This document shows, in pieces, positions 1-10,038 of a DNA stretch of 64,000 bases; position 1 is the stretch's first letter; every line of letters begins with the position of its first letter. Origin of the DNA: a virus; IMG/VR virus record IMGVR_UViG_3300045988_159436; one strand, given 5' to 3'. The position numbers and the translations under genes are program-made. The notes beneath the pieces were generated by a model. The model was not told the origin of the DNA. It was given only the letters and a program-made list of their open reading frames with translations, and ran no database searches.

Positions 1-2189
1 AAGAATTATTTAAAGGATTAAGCAAAAAAAGTTATGGAGACGAAAAAGCTGGCAAAAAAGGTAAAGGTGCTGGAAAAGAAGCAAGTAATGCTTACAAGTT
101 ATTAGATGCTGATTTGAAGAAAGCAAATGCTTCTTTTAAAGCTCAGTTAAAAGAAATAGAAGATGCCTTTAAAAATAATCAATTATCTACACAGGATTAT
201 ATAGAGGCATATTTAAAGAATAAACAAGGGCAGATAGATAAACAAATTGAAATATTAAAGGCTAAGATAGATATTGCGAAAAGTCTTGGTCAAGAAAATG
301 ATGTTGAGAAATTCTCTACAGAGTTGGAGAAGCTTGAAATAGATAGAGCGGAAGCATTAGCAGAAGCAAATAGAAAACTTGTAGATTCTTATAAGAAGTT
401 ACAAGATACATATGATTCGATTTCTAAATCTTATCATGGCTTATATGGAGCAACAGAAGCATCAACTACATTAGATATTATCAATGAATTAGGAGACTCC
501 TATACAAGAACTGTTGTAGAGCTTAAAACAGCACAAGAGAGATTAGCACAAGCAACACAAGAGAGTGATTCAAAACAGATAGAGTTATGGAATAATTGGG
601 TAGAAAAAGGAAAAGAAGCAGAGAAACAGATATTAGCAATAGCAAGAGCTAAAAGACAAGAATATGAAATCACACAAGCACAGGCACAAGTGGAAGCTGT
701 TCAACTGCAATCTATAAGAAGAGAGAACGAAATTAATCATCTTGTAGAGCAGAGTAGAATGGATAGTTTAACAGCAGAAGGAAGAATTTTTTATGAACGT
801 CAGCAATATGTTGATGATTATGTTAAAACTTATGCTAAATTAGTTGCTTTATATGAAACGGAAGCAGATTATGCCGCTAAAGCAGGAAGCTTAGAAAAAC
901 AAAATGAATGGGTAAAAAAAGCAGAAGATGCAAGAGCGGCAATGAAATCTATTGTTGAAGAAGTTCCACCATTTCAAAAGAAATTAAGAGAAGGTTTTTC
1001 AGATGGCTTGGCAGGAATGTTTGATGATTTAACAGAAGGAAAAAGCTGGAAAGAATCTTTTCAGAATTTCGCAAGCAATCTTTTAAAAGAATGGGCTTCT
1101 ATGTGGCATAAAAGATTAGCACAAGATATAACTAATAAATTGTTTGATGCGGTTCTTCCAAAAGGGGAAAAAGCATTAACAATAGATACAGAATTTGATG
1201 TACAAGTTAATGAGTATAAAGAAGAAATAAAAGCTCAAATGGAACAGGGCGTACAGGCAGTAACAGAAGGTTCTTTAAATATTAAAGGGCAATTTGATGC
1301 TTTGATTCCCACATTACAGCAATTTGGAGAAACTGTTCAAGTAGCAATGGCAAAGATGTCTTCTGGCTCTGGTCAAGAAGCTGGTTTAGGTGGAATCGCA
1401 ACTGGCGCAGGAGGGTTTTCCATAGGAGAATCAATGACTGGCGCAAATTATGGTGGGATGTCTTTAGAGAACGAAAGTTTAGTTGATAGCTTAAAAAACC
1501 AGTTTAATGGGTTAACACTTACTGCAAAAGATTTTGGTCAGTCAATGGGAACTTTAAATGGTTTATTGGCAAAAAATGCAGGAGCGCAAAAATTAGATAA
1601 TAAATTAACTATGCAAGCTGGATTGCAGGCACTCCCTAATATGTTAATGGGGTTAGCTATGGTTTCTGGTAACGAAGGTTTAATGAAATTTGCTATGGCA
1701 TTACAGGTAGTAATGGCAGTTATTCAAATGATAAATGCTATGAGTAGTGTGAGCGGATTTGCTACTGGTGGTTATGTTTCTGGCGCAGGAACAGGAACCA
1801 GTGATAGTATTCCTGCAATGTTATCAAATGGAGAATATGTTTTAACTGCAAAAACAGTGAAACGTCTTGGAGTAGATTATCTTGATAGATTAAATGAAGG
1901 TAAAGCACTCGCTCCTTCAATGGCTAAATTGCCTAAGTTTAAATTTGCAGAAGGAGGATTAGTAGAAGCATCTAAATCACAGGAAAATTTAAATCAAAAT
2001 CAAGTAACTAAAACGGAAGAAACAGGCGAGGGAATACAAATTACTTTTGCACCTGTATTTCAATCGCTAGACCCAGAGGCTAACATGAAAGCTTTTGACC
2101 AGCAATATCCTTTATTGGAGAAGCGAATAATAGATGCGATGAGAACTAAGCAAGTTATGAGACAGGCAGTGAAAGGAGCGGTAACTTAA
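1..2189 (+). CDS. tail tape measure protein (5' partial; frame open from window start)
   Basis: Reading frame is open from nt 3 with no stop. Long coiled-coil/Ala-Gln-rich protein with Gly-rich and hydrophobic segments, sitting immediately upstream of the tail-tip genes. Confidence 0.75.
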   Translation, partial: ELFKGLSKKSYGDEKAGKKGKGAGKEASNAYKLLDADLKKANASFKAQLKEIEDAFKNNQLSTQDYIEAYLKNKQGQIDKQIEILKAKIDIAKSLGQENDVEKFSTELEKLEIDRAEALAEANRKLVDSYKKLQDTYDSISKSYHGLYGATEASTTLDIINELGDSYTRTVVELKTAQERLAQATQESDSKQIELWNNWVEKGKEAEKQILAIARAKRQEYEITQAQAQVEAVQLQSIRRENEINHLVEQSRMDSLTAEGRIFYERQQYVDDYVKTYAKLVALYETEADYAAKAGSLEKQNEWVKKAEDARAAMKSIVEEVPPFQKKLREGFSDGLAGMFDDLTEGKSWKESFQNFASNLLKEWASMWHKRLAQDITNKLFDAVLPKGEKALTIDTEFDVQVNEYKEEIKAQMEQGVQAVTEGSLNIKGQFDALIPTLQQFGETVQVAMAKMSSGSGQEAGLGGIATGAGGFSIGESMTGANYGGMSLENESLVDSLKNQFNGLTLTAKDFGQSMGTLNGLLAKNAGAQKLDNKLTMQAGLQALPNMLMGLAMVSGNEGLMKFAMALQVVMAVIQMINAMSSVSGFATGGYVSGAGTGTSDSIPAMLSNGEYVLTAKTVKRLGVDYLDRLNEGKALAPSMAKLPKFKFAEGGLVEASKSQENLNQNQVTKTEETGEGIQITFAPVFQSLDPEANMKAFDQQYPLLEKRIIDAMRTKQVMRQAVKGAVT

Positions 2190-2617
2190 TGTATAATTTA
2201 GATATAAGTACAAATGAAGATTATTATGATTATCTTATAAATGAGCAAGTTACTGGAATAGCCGCTTTAAAAGTTTATAGTTATACATTATCTTATAATA
2301 CTTTAATTGATGAAAAATTTACAGGGAATGAACAGCGTAGAGATGTATGGTCACAGCCCAGAAGAACTTGGACATTGGAATTTCAAAAATCACCAGAATT
2401 AGGGCGTAAATTAGAGGATTTTTTTAAGGCACATTTGGGAAGAAGAACAGCTTTTAGATTTAAATGGGTAAAAGAGAATTCTGATGGTGAAGATATGGGC
2501 GGCGATGATGAATGGTATTATGTAAGATTCAATACTGATACTTATAGCACAGATATAGATTATCTTGGGTATAGACACACTACTTTAGAAATAATTGAGG
2601 TGAGAAACAATCAATGA
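2189..2617 (+). CDS. minor tail protein (lambda gpM-like, assigned by position only)
   Basis: TAATG stop/start overlap with the tape-measure gene; first of four consecutive tip genes. No diagnostic motif. Confidence 0.3.
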   Translation: MYNLDISTNEDYYDYLINEQVTGIAALKVYSYTLSYNTLIDEKFTGNEQRRDVWSQPRRTWTLEFQKSPELGRKLEDFFKAHLGRRTAFRFKWVKENSDGEDMGGDDEWYYVRFNTDTYSTDIDYLGYRHTTLEIIEVRNNQ

Positions 2618-3228
2618 GTATAGGAATACCAGAACAGATTGAACGTTATCTTGCAGACCCAGAAATAACAACAAGATTATTAGTTGTTATAGAGTATAGT
2701 GATGAAAATATTTATAGATTTATAGTGGATGAAAGTGTAGATGAAGTAATAATAAATGGAGAAACATATTTAAGTGCCGCTATTACAAGAAGTGATAGAG
2801 AAGAAAATTCTGATATGTCAATCGAAACCTTAACACTGACAATGTCTAATCATTGGCAAGGATGGGCGGCAATTTTAGCTAATCAAGGAAATAATTTTAT
2901 AAATAAACCTTGTAAAATTTACGAATGGATGCCAGAATTTCCAGAAGAAAAGCCTATATTAATTTATGATGGTGTTCTAGACAATATTAATATGACAGCC
3001 AGCACTTTTGAAGTTAAAGTAGTTAGAAGTATGGGTGATTATCAGCAAGAAAGTCCTAATATGACTTTTGACCCTAATTGCCAGTTTCAATTTAAAGATG
3101 AAAGATGTCGATATGTTGGAGAGTATTTTGAATGCGGCAAAACTTTAGCGGATTGTATGAATAGGCATAATGAAGAGCGTTTTGGGGGACATCCTTCTGT
3201 TCCAAGAGAAACGGTAATTCGGAGCTAG
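2614..3228 (+). CDS. minor tail protein L-like with C-terminal 4-Cys (putative Fe-S) motif
   Basis: C-terminal C-x9-C-x8-C-x6-C pattern (CQFQFKDERCRYVGEYFECGKTLADC), as in lambda gpL. Position between the M- and K-like genes. Confidence 0.5.
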   Translation: MSIGIPEQIERYLADPEITTRLLVVIEYSDENIYRFIVDESVDEVIINGETYLSAAITRSDREENSDMSIETLTLTMSNHWQGWAAILANQGNNFINKPCKIYEWMPEFPEEKPILIYDGVLDNINMTASTFEVKVVRSMGDYQQESPNMTFDPNCQFQFKDERCRYVGEYFECGKTLADCMNRHNEERFGGHPSVPRETVIRS

Positions 3229-3236
3229 GAGATATT

Positions 3237-3602
3237 ATGATTCCAAAAGAAGAAGCATATAAATTTGTAGGAAAATCTTTTGTTCAATTCACAGATGATA
3301 ATAAGGCGTGGGGGTGTCTTGCGCCTTATTATTTAATACATCCAGAATTTAAAGATTTTTTTACATTAGAGGATACTAAAGAGTTTTTAAAATTAGCAAA
3401 AGAACGTTTTCAAGAAATAAAATTAGAAGATATTAAATATGGTGATTTTATAGCCATTTTAATGCCTTTAGGTCTATGGCATATAATGGTTTATATAGAC
3501 GATGGAAAATATATTCATTGTACAAAAGATACTGGTGTTGTAGTTGAGAAACTAACACCAGCATATAAAGCTAGGATAAAGGGGGTATTTAGATGGGCGT
3601 AG
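3237..3602 (+). CDS. tail assembly protein K-like, NlpC/P60-fold
   Basis: Cys...His...His spacing (WGCLAP ... WHIMVYIDDGKYIHC) typical of the NlpC/P60 C-terminal half; RBS gagatattATG. Confidence 0.45.
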   Translation: MIPKEEAYKFVGKSFVQFTDDNKAWGCLAPYYLIHPEFKDFFTLEDTKEFLKLAKERFQEIKLEDIKYGDFIAILMPLGLWHIMVYIDDGKYIHCTKDTGVVVEKLTPAYKARIKGVFRWA

Positions 3603-6571
3603 TTGGAGCTGTACTTGGATTTGTTTTTTCTGTAGCATCTTATGTAGTTAGTAGACGTGAAATGAAAAAAATGAAAAAGACTGCTAAAAGAACCTATTCT
3701 GATACGATGGCTACTGAAACATCTAATACAATGCCTATTCCTATTATATATGGGACAGTAAAAAATGCAGGAAATTTAATTTATTCTAAATTATGGGATA
3801 ATAACCAAAGAGTAGCAAAACTTATAGTATTTTGTGATGGTAAAATAAAAGGAATAAGAGATATAAAATTAGATGATATAAATATAAATAGTTCAGATTT
3901 TGAAGGTGTAAGTTATAATACTTATATTGGAGATGGTGAGCAACTAATTGATAGCAGGGTAGATGGTGTAAATAATTCCCAAAGAGCACAAAAAGTAGGT
4001 GGACTGAAATATGATGCTTATTTAGCCTTAGAAGCTAAAGCAAATGATAAATTATCGGGCAATTTTAATGTTACAGCAATGATAGATGGTAAGATAGTAA
4101 AGTGCTATACATCAGAAACTGACTATTCAGAAAAATGGACTAATAATCCTGCTTGGTGTGTGCTAGATTTTTTAACTTGCTATAATGGTGTAGGTCTTAG
4201 TATGGATGAGATTGATTTACCAAGTTTTATAGAGGCGGCAAGTTTTTATGACGAGAAAGACTATACATTAAATATATGTTTAGATGAAACTCAGTCAAGA
4301 CTTGATTGGGTATCTACTATGTTAAATTGTTGTCGTTCAAGCTTAGTCTATAAAAATGGAAAATACTCTTTATTTGTTGAAAAGAAAGATGAAGTAGTAC
4401 AAAGCTTTGACCCTGATTCTATAAATAATTTGGAGATTTGGTGGTCTCCTATGGAAGACATTCCAGATAGGATTTATGTTCAATATATAGACCCAGAAAA
4501 TGAATGGGTGAAGGTTAACGCACAAGCAGAGGCAGTTAGTCCTTTGAGAAAACAGCCTAGAATAGAAACTTATGAATTATATGGTGTCACTAATTTTGAC
4601 CAAGCTAGCAGATTGGCATGGTTTTATTTAAATCAAGCAATAACTTGTAAAATGTACGTAAGATTTAGTACAGATAGACGAGCTTTGAATAGAACAGTTG
4701 GAGATGTTATCAGTTTAACTGATTATATAACAGAGTTTCAAAATAAGCAGTTTAGAATTATAAAAATCACAGATAAACAAGATGGTGGAATAGAGCTTAC
4801 TTGTAGAGAGTATAATCCAAGTATTTATAGTGAAGAAAAAGGAGCAACAGAACCTGTAATAAATGATTCTACTTTAGCAGACCCTACAGAACCTCCACCA
4901 GCAGTTGTTTATTTAGATAATGAACAAGAATACTATGTACTTCCTGATAAAACTGTTGTTTCAAGAATTTTTATTAAATATACATATCCAAGTTATTTTT
5001 ATTCAAGAGGTGTGAGAGTTTGGTATAGATTGCAGGGGGATGAAACTTGGTCATTTGGTGGAATATTTGATGACGGTTCTAATATTGCTGTAATCGAAAA
5101 TATGGAAATTTTAAAAACTTATGAATTCAAATTAGTACATGAAAATAGATATAATAAATTTTCAAATCCAACATATACGCCTTTAATTTTTATAACAGGA
5201 AATAATATAGCACCAGATATGCCACAAGATTTTGTTGGTTATGAAGCAGTAGGTGGGTTTAATTTAAGTTGGTCAGCAAATAAAGAAAGAGATATAGACC
5301 ATTATGAATTATATTCTGGGGTTGTTTCAGAAAGCACTAAGATAGCAGATGTTACTGGAACAAGTTATTTTTACTCAACAGGTATGGGAGAATATAGATT
5401 CTTATTAATAGCTGTTGATACTATGGGAAATATGTCTGTTCCTGCAAAATTGGATTTACAAATTGCTAGACCTGCTAATGTTACAGGTTTTGATTGTGTA
5501 CAAAATGAGCGTAATATAGAGTTTAGATGGAATAAAGTAAAAGGTGCTACTTATTATATAATAAGAGAGGGCTCTAGTTGGGAATATGGTAATTTTATAG
5601 GAAGTAGTGCTGGTCAAACATTTACATTGCCTTTTGCACAGGCAACACAAGTAGATTTTTGGATGAAAGCTTATACAGAATATGGTGTTCCTTGTGAGTT
5701 TGCTTCTTATTGTACTGTAAGAATAGCTTCTATTCCTAATAGAAATATGATTTATACTTATGATGCTGTAGAAGATGAGTGGAAAGGTATAAAATCATTT
5801 GGGCATATAAATGCTGGAGGATTTCAATTAGATGATAATAATTTAAGTGCAGAATATATTTATGAGATAGAGTTAGACCAAGAATACTGTTCAAGAAATT
5901 GGATAGAAAAAGTTATAAAACCTTTTAATCCAGAGAAGGAACAAAAATGGAAAGATTTAAAATTTACTTGGAATTCTGAAACAGCTAAACAAACAACTTG
6001 GATGCCAGTTGGTACAGATTTTACTTTTAATAGTTCTACAGAGATTGCTGTATATTTAGGAGAAAAAGATTCTACATCAGTAGATTATTGGACATTAGAT
6101 GAAACGCTTTTAAGCAATAAAGGAATTAAACCTAATCCTGATTATGGTATTGCTACTTATGGAATGGCGAGATTTCATAAAGGGTTATTAATGGATGGAA
6201 ATAGTATGGTAAAATGGCAGGATATAAATATACCAAAAATATTTTCTCTTTCTGTTAATGTAAAAATTCCTATTGATTCTGATTATTCATATGCTATTTT
6301 AACTTTAAAAAACTCTAAGACTGGGGATTGGATGCTTTTAAGCTATAGTAGTGATGGGGATAATTTTGTGTTAACTACTGATACTGGATTAGAAATATCG
6401 GCAGGAGACTTTTCATTTCCAAATGATAATTTAACTTTTATTTTATCACAAGGAGATGGGTATTTAAATTTGATAGTGTATAGTTCTGTATTTTCTTTAT
6501 TTAAAAATAATAAAATAGCGTATACAGATTATAAAACTTATGATAGTATTGCTTTATACAGCGATATTTAA
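3593..6571 (+). CDS. host-specificity / central tail fibre protein (lambda J-like)
   Basis: Motif NNPAWCVLDFLTCYNGVG matches lambda J (NNMAWCLWDMLTHPRYG). FN3-like repeats (YELYSG, FRWNKVKGATYY); N-terminal hydrophobic segment; 992 aa. Confidence 0.75.
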   Translation: MGVVGAVLGFVFSVASYVVSRREMKKMKKTAKRTYSDTMATETSNTMPIPIIYGTVKNAGNLIYSKLWDNNQRVAKLIVFCDGKIKGIRDIKLDDININSSDFEGVSYNTYIGDGEQLIDSRVDGVNNSQRAQKVGGLKYDAYLALEAKANDKLSGNFNVTAMIDGKIVKCYTSETDYSEKWTNNPAWCVLDFLTCYNGVGLSMDEIDLPSFIEAASFYDEKDYTLNICLDETQSRLDWVSTMLNCCRSSLVYKNGKYSLFVEKKDEVVQSFDPDSINNLEIWWSPMEDIPDRIYVQYIDPENEWVKVNAQAEAVSPLRKQPRIETYELYGVTNFDQASRLAWFYLNQAITCKMYVRFSTDRRALNRTVGDVISLTDYITEFQNKQFRIIKITDKQDGGIELTCREYNPSIYSEEKGATEPVINDSTLADPTEPPPAVVYLDNEQEYYVLPDKTVVSRIFIKYTYPSYFYSRGVRVWYRLQGDETWSFGGIFDDGSNIAVIENMEILKTYEFKLVHENRYNKFSNPTYTPLIFITGNNIAPDMPQDFVGYEAVGGFNLSWSANKERDIDHYELYSGVVSESTKIADVTGTSYFYSTGMGEYRFLLIAVDTMGNMSVPAKLDLQIARPANVTGFDCVQNERNIEFRWNKVKGATYYIIREGSSWEYGNFIGSSAGQTFTLPFAQATQVDFWMKAYTEYGVPCEFASYCTVRIASIPNRNMIYTYDAVEDEWKGIKSFGHINAGGFQLDDNNLSAEYIYEIELDQEYCSRNWIEKVIKPFNPEKEQKWKDLKFTWNSETAKQTTWMPVGTDFTFNSSTEIAVYLGEKDSTSVDYWTLDETLLSNKGIKPNPDYGIATYGMARFHKGLLMDGNSMVKWQDINIPKIFSLSVNVKIPIDSDYSYAILTLKNSKTGDWMLLSYSSDGDNFVLTTDTGLEISAGDFSFPNDNLTFILSQGDGYLNLIVYSSVFSLFKNNKIAYTDYKTYDSIALYSDI

Positions 6572-6583
6572 GGAGGAAAATTA

Positions 6584-7042
6584 ATGTTTAATGAAAATAT
6601 AGCTTTAGATTGTTCAATGGTTGGGGAGTTGTTTGATAAAGATGGAAATTTAAAGCAGTTAGTGGAAAAGCATAATATGATTTTGAATGCTGGATTTGAT
6701 TTTATTTGTGATTGTATTGGAAAATCTTCTGGTAGACCTACAAATTTAACACATATTGCTGTAGGGACAGGTAGCGCTAGCACACTAGCTACAGATTTAG
6801 GGTTAAAACAAGAGTGTGTAAGAAGCACAGCAACTTATACGCATACTAAAGGCACAAAATTTTTCACTATGGTAGCTACTTTTGCCCCTGGGGTTGGAAC
6901 AGGTTCTTTGACTGAAACTGGGTTATGTAATGCTTCTTCTGGAGGGGTTACAATGGATAGAGTTGTTTTTCCAGTAGTAAATAAAGAAGCAACAGATACT
7001 TTTAAAGTGACATTCCAATTTAAATTAGCAGAAAAGGCATAA
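6584..7042 (+). CDS. hypothetical tail-associated protein
   Basis: RBS aaggagga; follows the J-like gene. No recognisable motif. Confidence 0.3.
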   Translation: MFNENIALDCSMVGELFDKDGNLKQLVEKHNMILNAGFDFICDCIGKSSGRPTNLTHIAVGTGSASTLATDLGLKQECVRSTATYTHTKGTKFFTMVATFAPGVGTGSLTETGLCNASSGGVTMDRVVFPVVNKEATDTFKVTFQFKLAEKA

Positions 7043-7046
7043 ATAA

Positions 7047-8114
7047 ATGCCAACAGTAGAGATTTATACAGATGAGCCTAGACAAGCCAGAATAAATGAG
7101 ATTCCTTTAAAAATTAATACAATACATAAAAAAATCAAGGATTTTAGATTACAGGATAAGGGCGTAAGAATTGCTTATGATTTAGAGCTTAATGATACAG
7201 TATCTCGACAAGTTTCTTTTGAAAGAAGTTTTAAAGAAGAATTAGAAATAGAAGATAAGATTACTAAATTTTTTGAGAAAAAAACAGTATATAATTTAGA
7301 GACAGAAGAAATAGCAGAAAAGTTTACAGAAAAATTCTTTGAAAGCAGGATAGAAATTCAGGAATCTTTGAATAAAATATACGAATTAAATTTAGTAGAA
7401 GAATTAGAAATAGAAGATAAGATTACTAAATTTTTTGAGAAAAAAACAGTATATAATTTAGAGACAGAAGAAATAGCAGAAAAGTTTACAGAAAAATTCT
7501 TTGAAAGCAGGATAGAAATTCAGGAATCTTTGAATAAAATATACGAATTAAATTTAGTAGAAGAATTAGAAATAGAAGAATTAAAAGCTAAAGAATTGAG
7601 TAAGACATTTGAAGTATTTGTAGAATTAATAGAGATTTATTTAAGACATGCTGGAACTGTATTAAGTGATTTAACTCTTTATAATGTTGCTTTAAATGAA
7701 ACAAATTTTGACCAAGCAATAACTCCTGCTGGATATGATAGATTTAAAACAATGTTAACTGGGGATTATATTTACCAAAAAGCTTTATTTAGGTTTATTT
7801 TATCCGCTACAACTACAAGCGGTGAAAGACCAAATACAAGGGAGTATATGCATAAAGTAGATGTTCCTGATACCTTTGAGACAGGAACAATAGAATTTGA
7901 GACTAATTGGAATCCTGCTACATATGAATTTAGTAGAGAATTTCACATTGTGCCAGAAGTTACCTATACTATTATTAGAGTTGAAAATATGGAAGAATTA
8001 AATCAAGCAGTAGTTTTACCAATAGAAGTTACAACTAAACATATAATCGCACAATTAAAAGTTGGCAGTAAATATGTTAATGGTGCCGTTTCATTTTCTG
8101 CTAGAGGATATTAA
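7047..8114 (+). CDS. hypothetical acidic coiled-coil protein containing a perfect 54-aa tandem duplication
   Basis: ORF with E/K-rich repeats; structural-module context. Confidence 0.4.
   Translation: MPTVEIYTDEPRQARINEIPLKINTIHKKIKDFRLQDKGVRIAYDLELNDTVSRQVSFERSFKEELEIEDKITKFFEKKTVYNLETEEIAEKFTEKFFESRIEIQESLNKIYELNLVEELEIEDKITKFFEKKTVYNLETEEIAEKFTEKFFESRIEIQESLNKIYELNLVEELEIEELKAKELSKTFEVFVELIEIYLRHAGTVLSDLTLYNVALNETNFDQAITPAGYDRFKTMLTGDYIYQKALFRFILSATTTSGERPNTREYMHKVDVPDTFETGTIEFETNWNPATYEFSREFHIVPEVTYTIIRVENMEELNQAVVLPIEVTTKHIIAQLKVGSKYVNGAVSFSARGY
7236..7579 (+). repeat. perfect 162-bp in-frame tandem duplication (2 copies plus a 20-bp partial third)
   Basis: Copy 1 at 7236-7397 and copy 2 at 7398-7559 are identical (gaagaattagaaatagaagataagattactaaa...). 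Protein-level repeat ELEIEDKITKFFEKKTVYNLETEEIAEKFTEKFFESRIEIQESLNKIYELNLVE x2. Confidence 0.9.
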
Positions 8115-8125
8115 GGAGGGATAAT

Positions 8126-8734
8126 ATGCAAAAATTAGTTACGATTGAAGAGGCTTGGACGTTAGCAAATTCATTAGGTTATATAAATGATAATTTTAGA
8201 AGTTTATTAACAAATAATGCTGGAACAGCATTTCCTTCTACAGAGTTAGAGTTAGGGATGTCTTGTTTTCGAACTGACCAGTTAAAAATGTATAATTTAG
8301 TAAATGTAGAAAGAGAGATTTGGGTTTTAACAATGGATTTAACTCAAACATATGTTACTAAAGAATATGTAGATAATATTAAAATACCATTGAGTAGGGT
8401 TACGGATTTAATTGATTCTGTTACAAATAAAATTAAAGATAATTTAATTAATTCTGGATTAGATAATGGACAAGTAGTTGTGGTTGGGGATGGAAACAAA
8501 ATTGCTACTTCTTTAATTGATACTGGAACTGCATCTGGACAAATTCCAATAATCAATAAAAATAATAAAGTTGAAATGGGATTAATTGATACAGGAACAA
8601 CAGCAGGAAAAATTCCTATGCTTCAAGCCGAAGGTAAATTGCCTGCATCTACATTGCCTAACAATTTAGCAACTTTTAATGATGCAGGAGAATTAGTATT
8701 TCCAAATAAAAATAGAATATTTGTAGGTAGTTAA
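8126..8734 (+). CDS. tail fibre protein, N-terminal anchor-domain paralogue
   Basis: N-terminus (LLTNNAGTAFPSTELELGM.CFRTD) shares a motif with the ORFs at 10039 and 17638 (NAGTVFPTENLVIGMKFFDT). RBS aaggaggg. Confidence 0.45.
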   Translation: MQKLVTIEEAWTLANSLGYINDNFRSLLTNNAGTAFPSTELELGMSCFRTDQLKMYNLVNVEREIWVLTMDLTQTYVTKEYVDNIKIPLSRVTDLIDSVTNKIKDNLINSGLDNGQVVVVGDGNKIATSLIDTGTASGQIPIINKNNKVEMGLIDTGTTAGKIPMLQAEGKLPASTLPNNLATFNDAGELVFPNKNRIFVGS

Positions 8735-8735
8735 T

Positions 8736-10028
8736 ATGTCTAATGTAGATAGCAAGAATAAATTAAAAATGGTTATAGGGGGCGTTAAATATGGACTCCC
8801 TCTTTACGATAGTTATAATGATTTTTATAATAAAAAGTATGCAACAATTTTATTGTCAAATGGAGATATCAGGTATATTGGATTGACACCAGATAGGTCA
8901 GATTTGACGGTTAATGCAGGATGTTATTTATCAGATAAAAAGCATTATTTTCTTATAAGAGAAATAACTTCTAATTCAATTAATGCAGGAGGAAGTTTTT
9001 GGCAATATATTGCAAATAGTCAAACATTTCAATACCAGAAAATTATTTCTACAATGGCTTATGCCCCTGAAAGCGGAATTTATAGAGTTGTTTTTAAAAT
9101 AAAATGGTCTGGAAGTTATAATGATTATCATAATTATAGATACAATAGTTTCTATAGATTCACTGTAAAACAAGGCGATAAAGTTCTAGCAGATACTGGT
9201 GAACATAGTTTAGCAGAAAGTATTTTTTATCCTTATTCTACTGGGAATGCCTCACAATCTTCACAGGCAAGTGTTGCTAAATGGATGACATTAGGGGAAC
9301 AGAGATTGTATTTAAAAGCTGGAAGTAATGCTTTTGATTTATGGTTAGGAATGCGTTTTGATAATAATAAACATGCCGCCGCATATGTTTCTCCTTTTCA
9401 AGTAGAAGCAACATATTTAAATTCTAATCAATTAGATGCTTTTTATGATGATGGTATATTTAAATGCCCAGATAATGTTGATAAAATAAATGTTATAATG
9501 GCGGGTGGCGGTGGCGGTGGCGGCGCCTTAGTTCGTGTAAAGTATAAAAGTTATTCTGAACATTCAACTAATGTTTCATATTCTTATGGTTCTAATGATG
9601 GAAGTGATGGTCAATTTATAAATCGAGAAATTGCAGTTACTCCAAATGCTTCGTATCCTGTTTTTATCGGAAAAGGTGGAGCCGCTAGTACCGATAATTT
9701 AAAAATAGAACTTGGAGAATATACTTTTTCCACTCCTGGGAATTATGCCGCAGGAGATGGAAAAGATGGAACAGCTACTACTGCCTTTGGGCTTACTGCT
9801 AATGGAGGTAAAGGTGGTTATGGAGGACTTTTAACCATTTATGATTCTCACCGCACAAGAGAATTTATAAAAAGACCCCCAACAACTACAGAAAGTGCTA
9901 ATGGAGGTAAAGGTGGTTCTTTAGTTACTCAATCATGGGGTGGAATATTTGACAGATATACAGGAGACATGAAAAATGCTTCAAATGGAGGCAATGGATA
10001 TGTAAAGATAGAGTATTCAAAAAATTGA
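8736..10028 (+). CDS. hypothetical Gly-rich tail protein
   Basis: Contains a poly-Gly run encoded by (GGTGGC)n at 9501-9527 and Gly-rich C-terminal motifs (NGGKGG). Confidence 0.35.
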   Translation: MSNVDSKNKLKMVIGGVKYGLPLYDSYNDFYNKKYATILLSNGDIRYIGLTPDRSDLTVNAGCYLSDKKHYFLIREITSNSINAGGSFWQYIANSQTFQYQKIISTMAYAPESGIYRVVFKIKWSGSYNDYHNYRYNSFYRFTVKQGDKVLADTGEHSLAESIFYPYSTGNASQSSQASVAKWMTLGEQRLYLKAGSNAFDLWLGMRFDNNKHAAAYVSPFQVEATYLNSNQLDAFYDDGIFKCPDNVDKINVIMAGGGGGGGALVRVKYKSYSEHSTNVSYSYGSNDGSDGQFINREIAVTPNASYPVFIGKGGAASTDNLKIELGEYTFSTPGNYAAGDGKDGTATTAFGLTANGGKGGYGGLLTIYDSHRTREFIKRPPTTTESANGGKGGSLVTQSWGGIFDRYTGDMKNASNGGNGYVKIEYSKN

Positions 10029-10038
10029 GGTGATATAG

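Noticed and set aside
5456-5650. Minus-strand ORFs nested inside + strand genes (5456-5650, 6568-6828, 6835-7053, 8344-8556, 8976-9173, 12058-12243, 15299-15502, 20935-21225, 23479-23884, 24089-24301, 24425-24856, 24966-25157, 26583-26768, 28179-28463, 29320-29520, 30398-30742, 31220-31456, 41510-41761, 42578-42811, 44364-44552, 45472-45702, 45787-45990, 47137-47376, 48498-48836, 50693-50998, 55093-55410, 55695-55877, 57829-58053, 61128-61484, 62684-62902)
   Set aside because: They are antisense shadows in AT-rich DNA. They lack RBSs, have low-complexity or hydrophobic translations, and each lies wholly inside a well-supported + strand gene. The only minus-strand coding segment kept is the fibre cassette at 21844-22148, which has a protein-level paralogue.
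7236-7579. Tandem 162-bp repeats as a possible CRISPR array
   Set aside because: There are only two identical units, no spacers, and the repeat is in-frame coding sequence.
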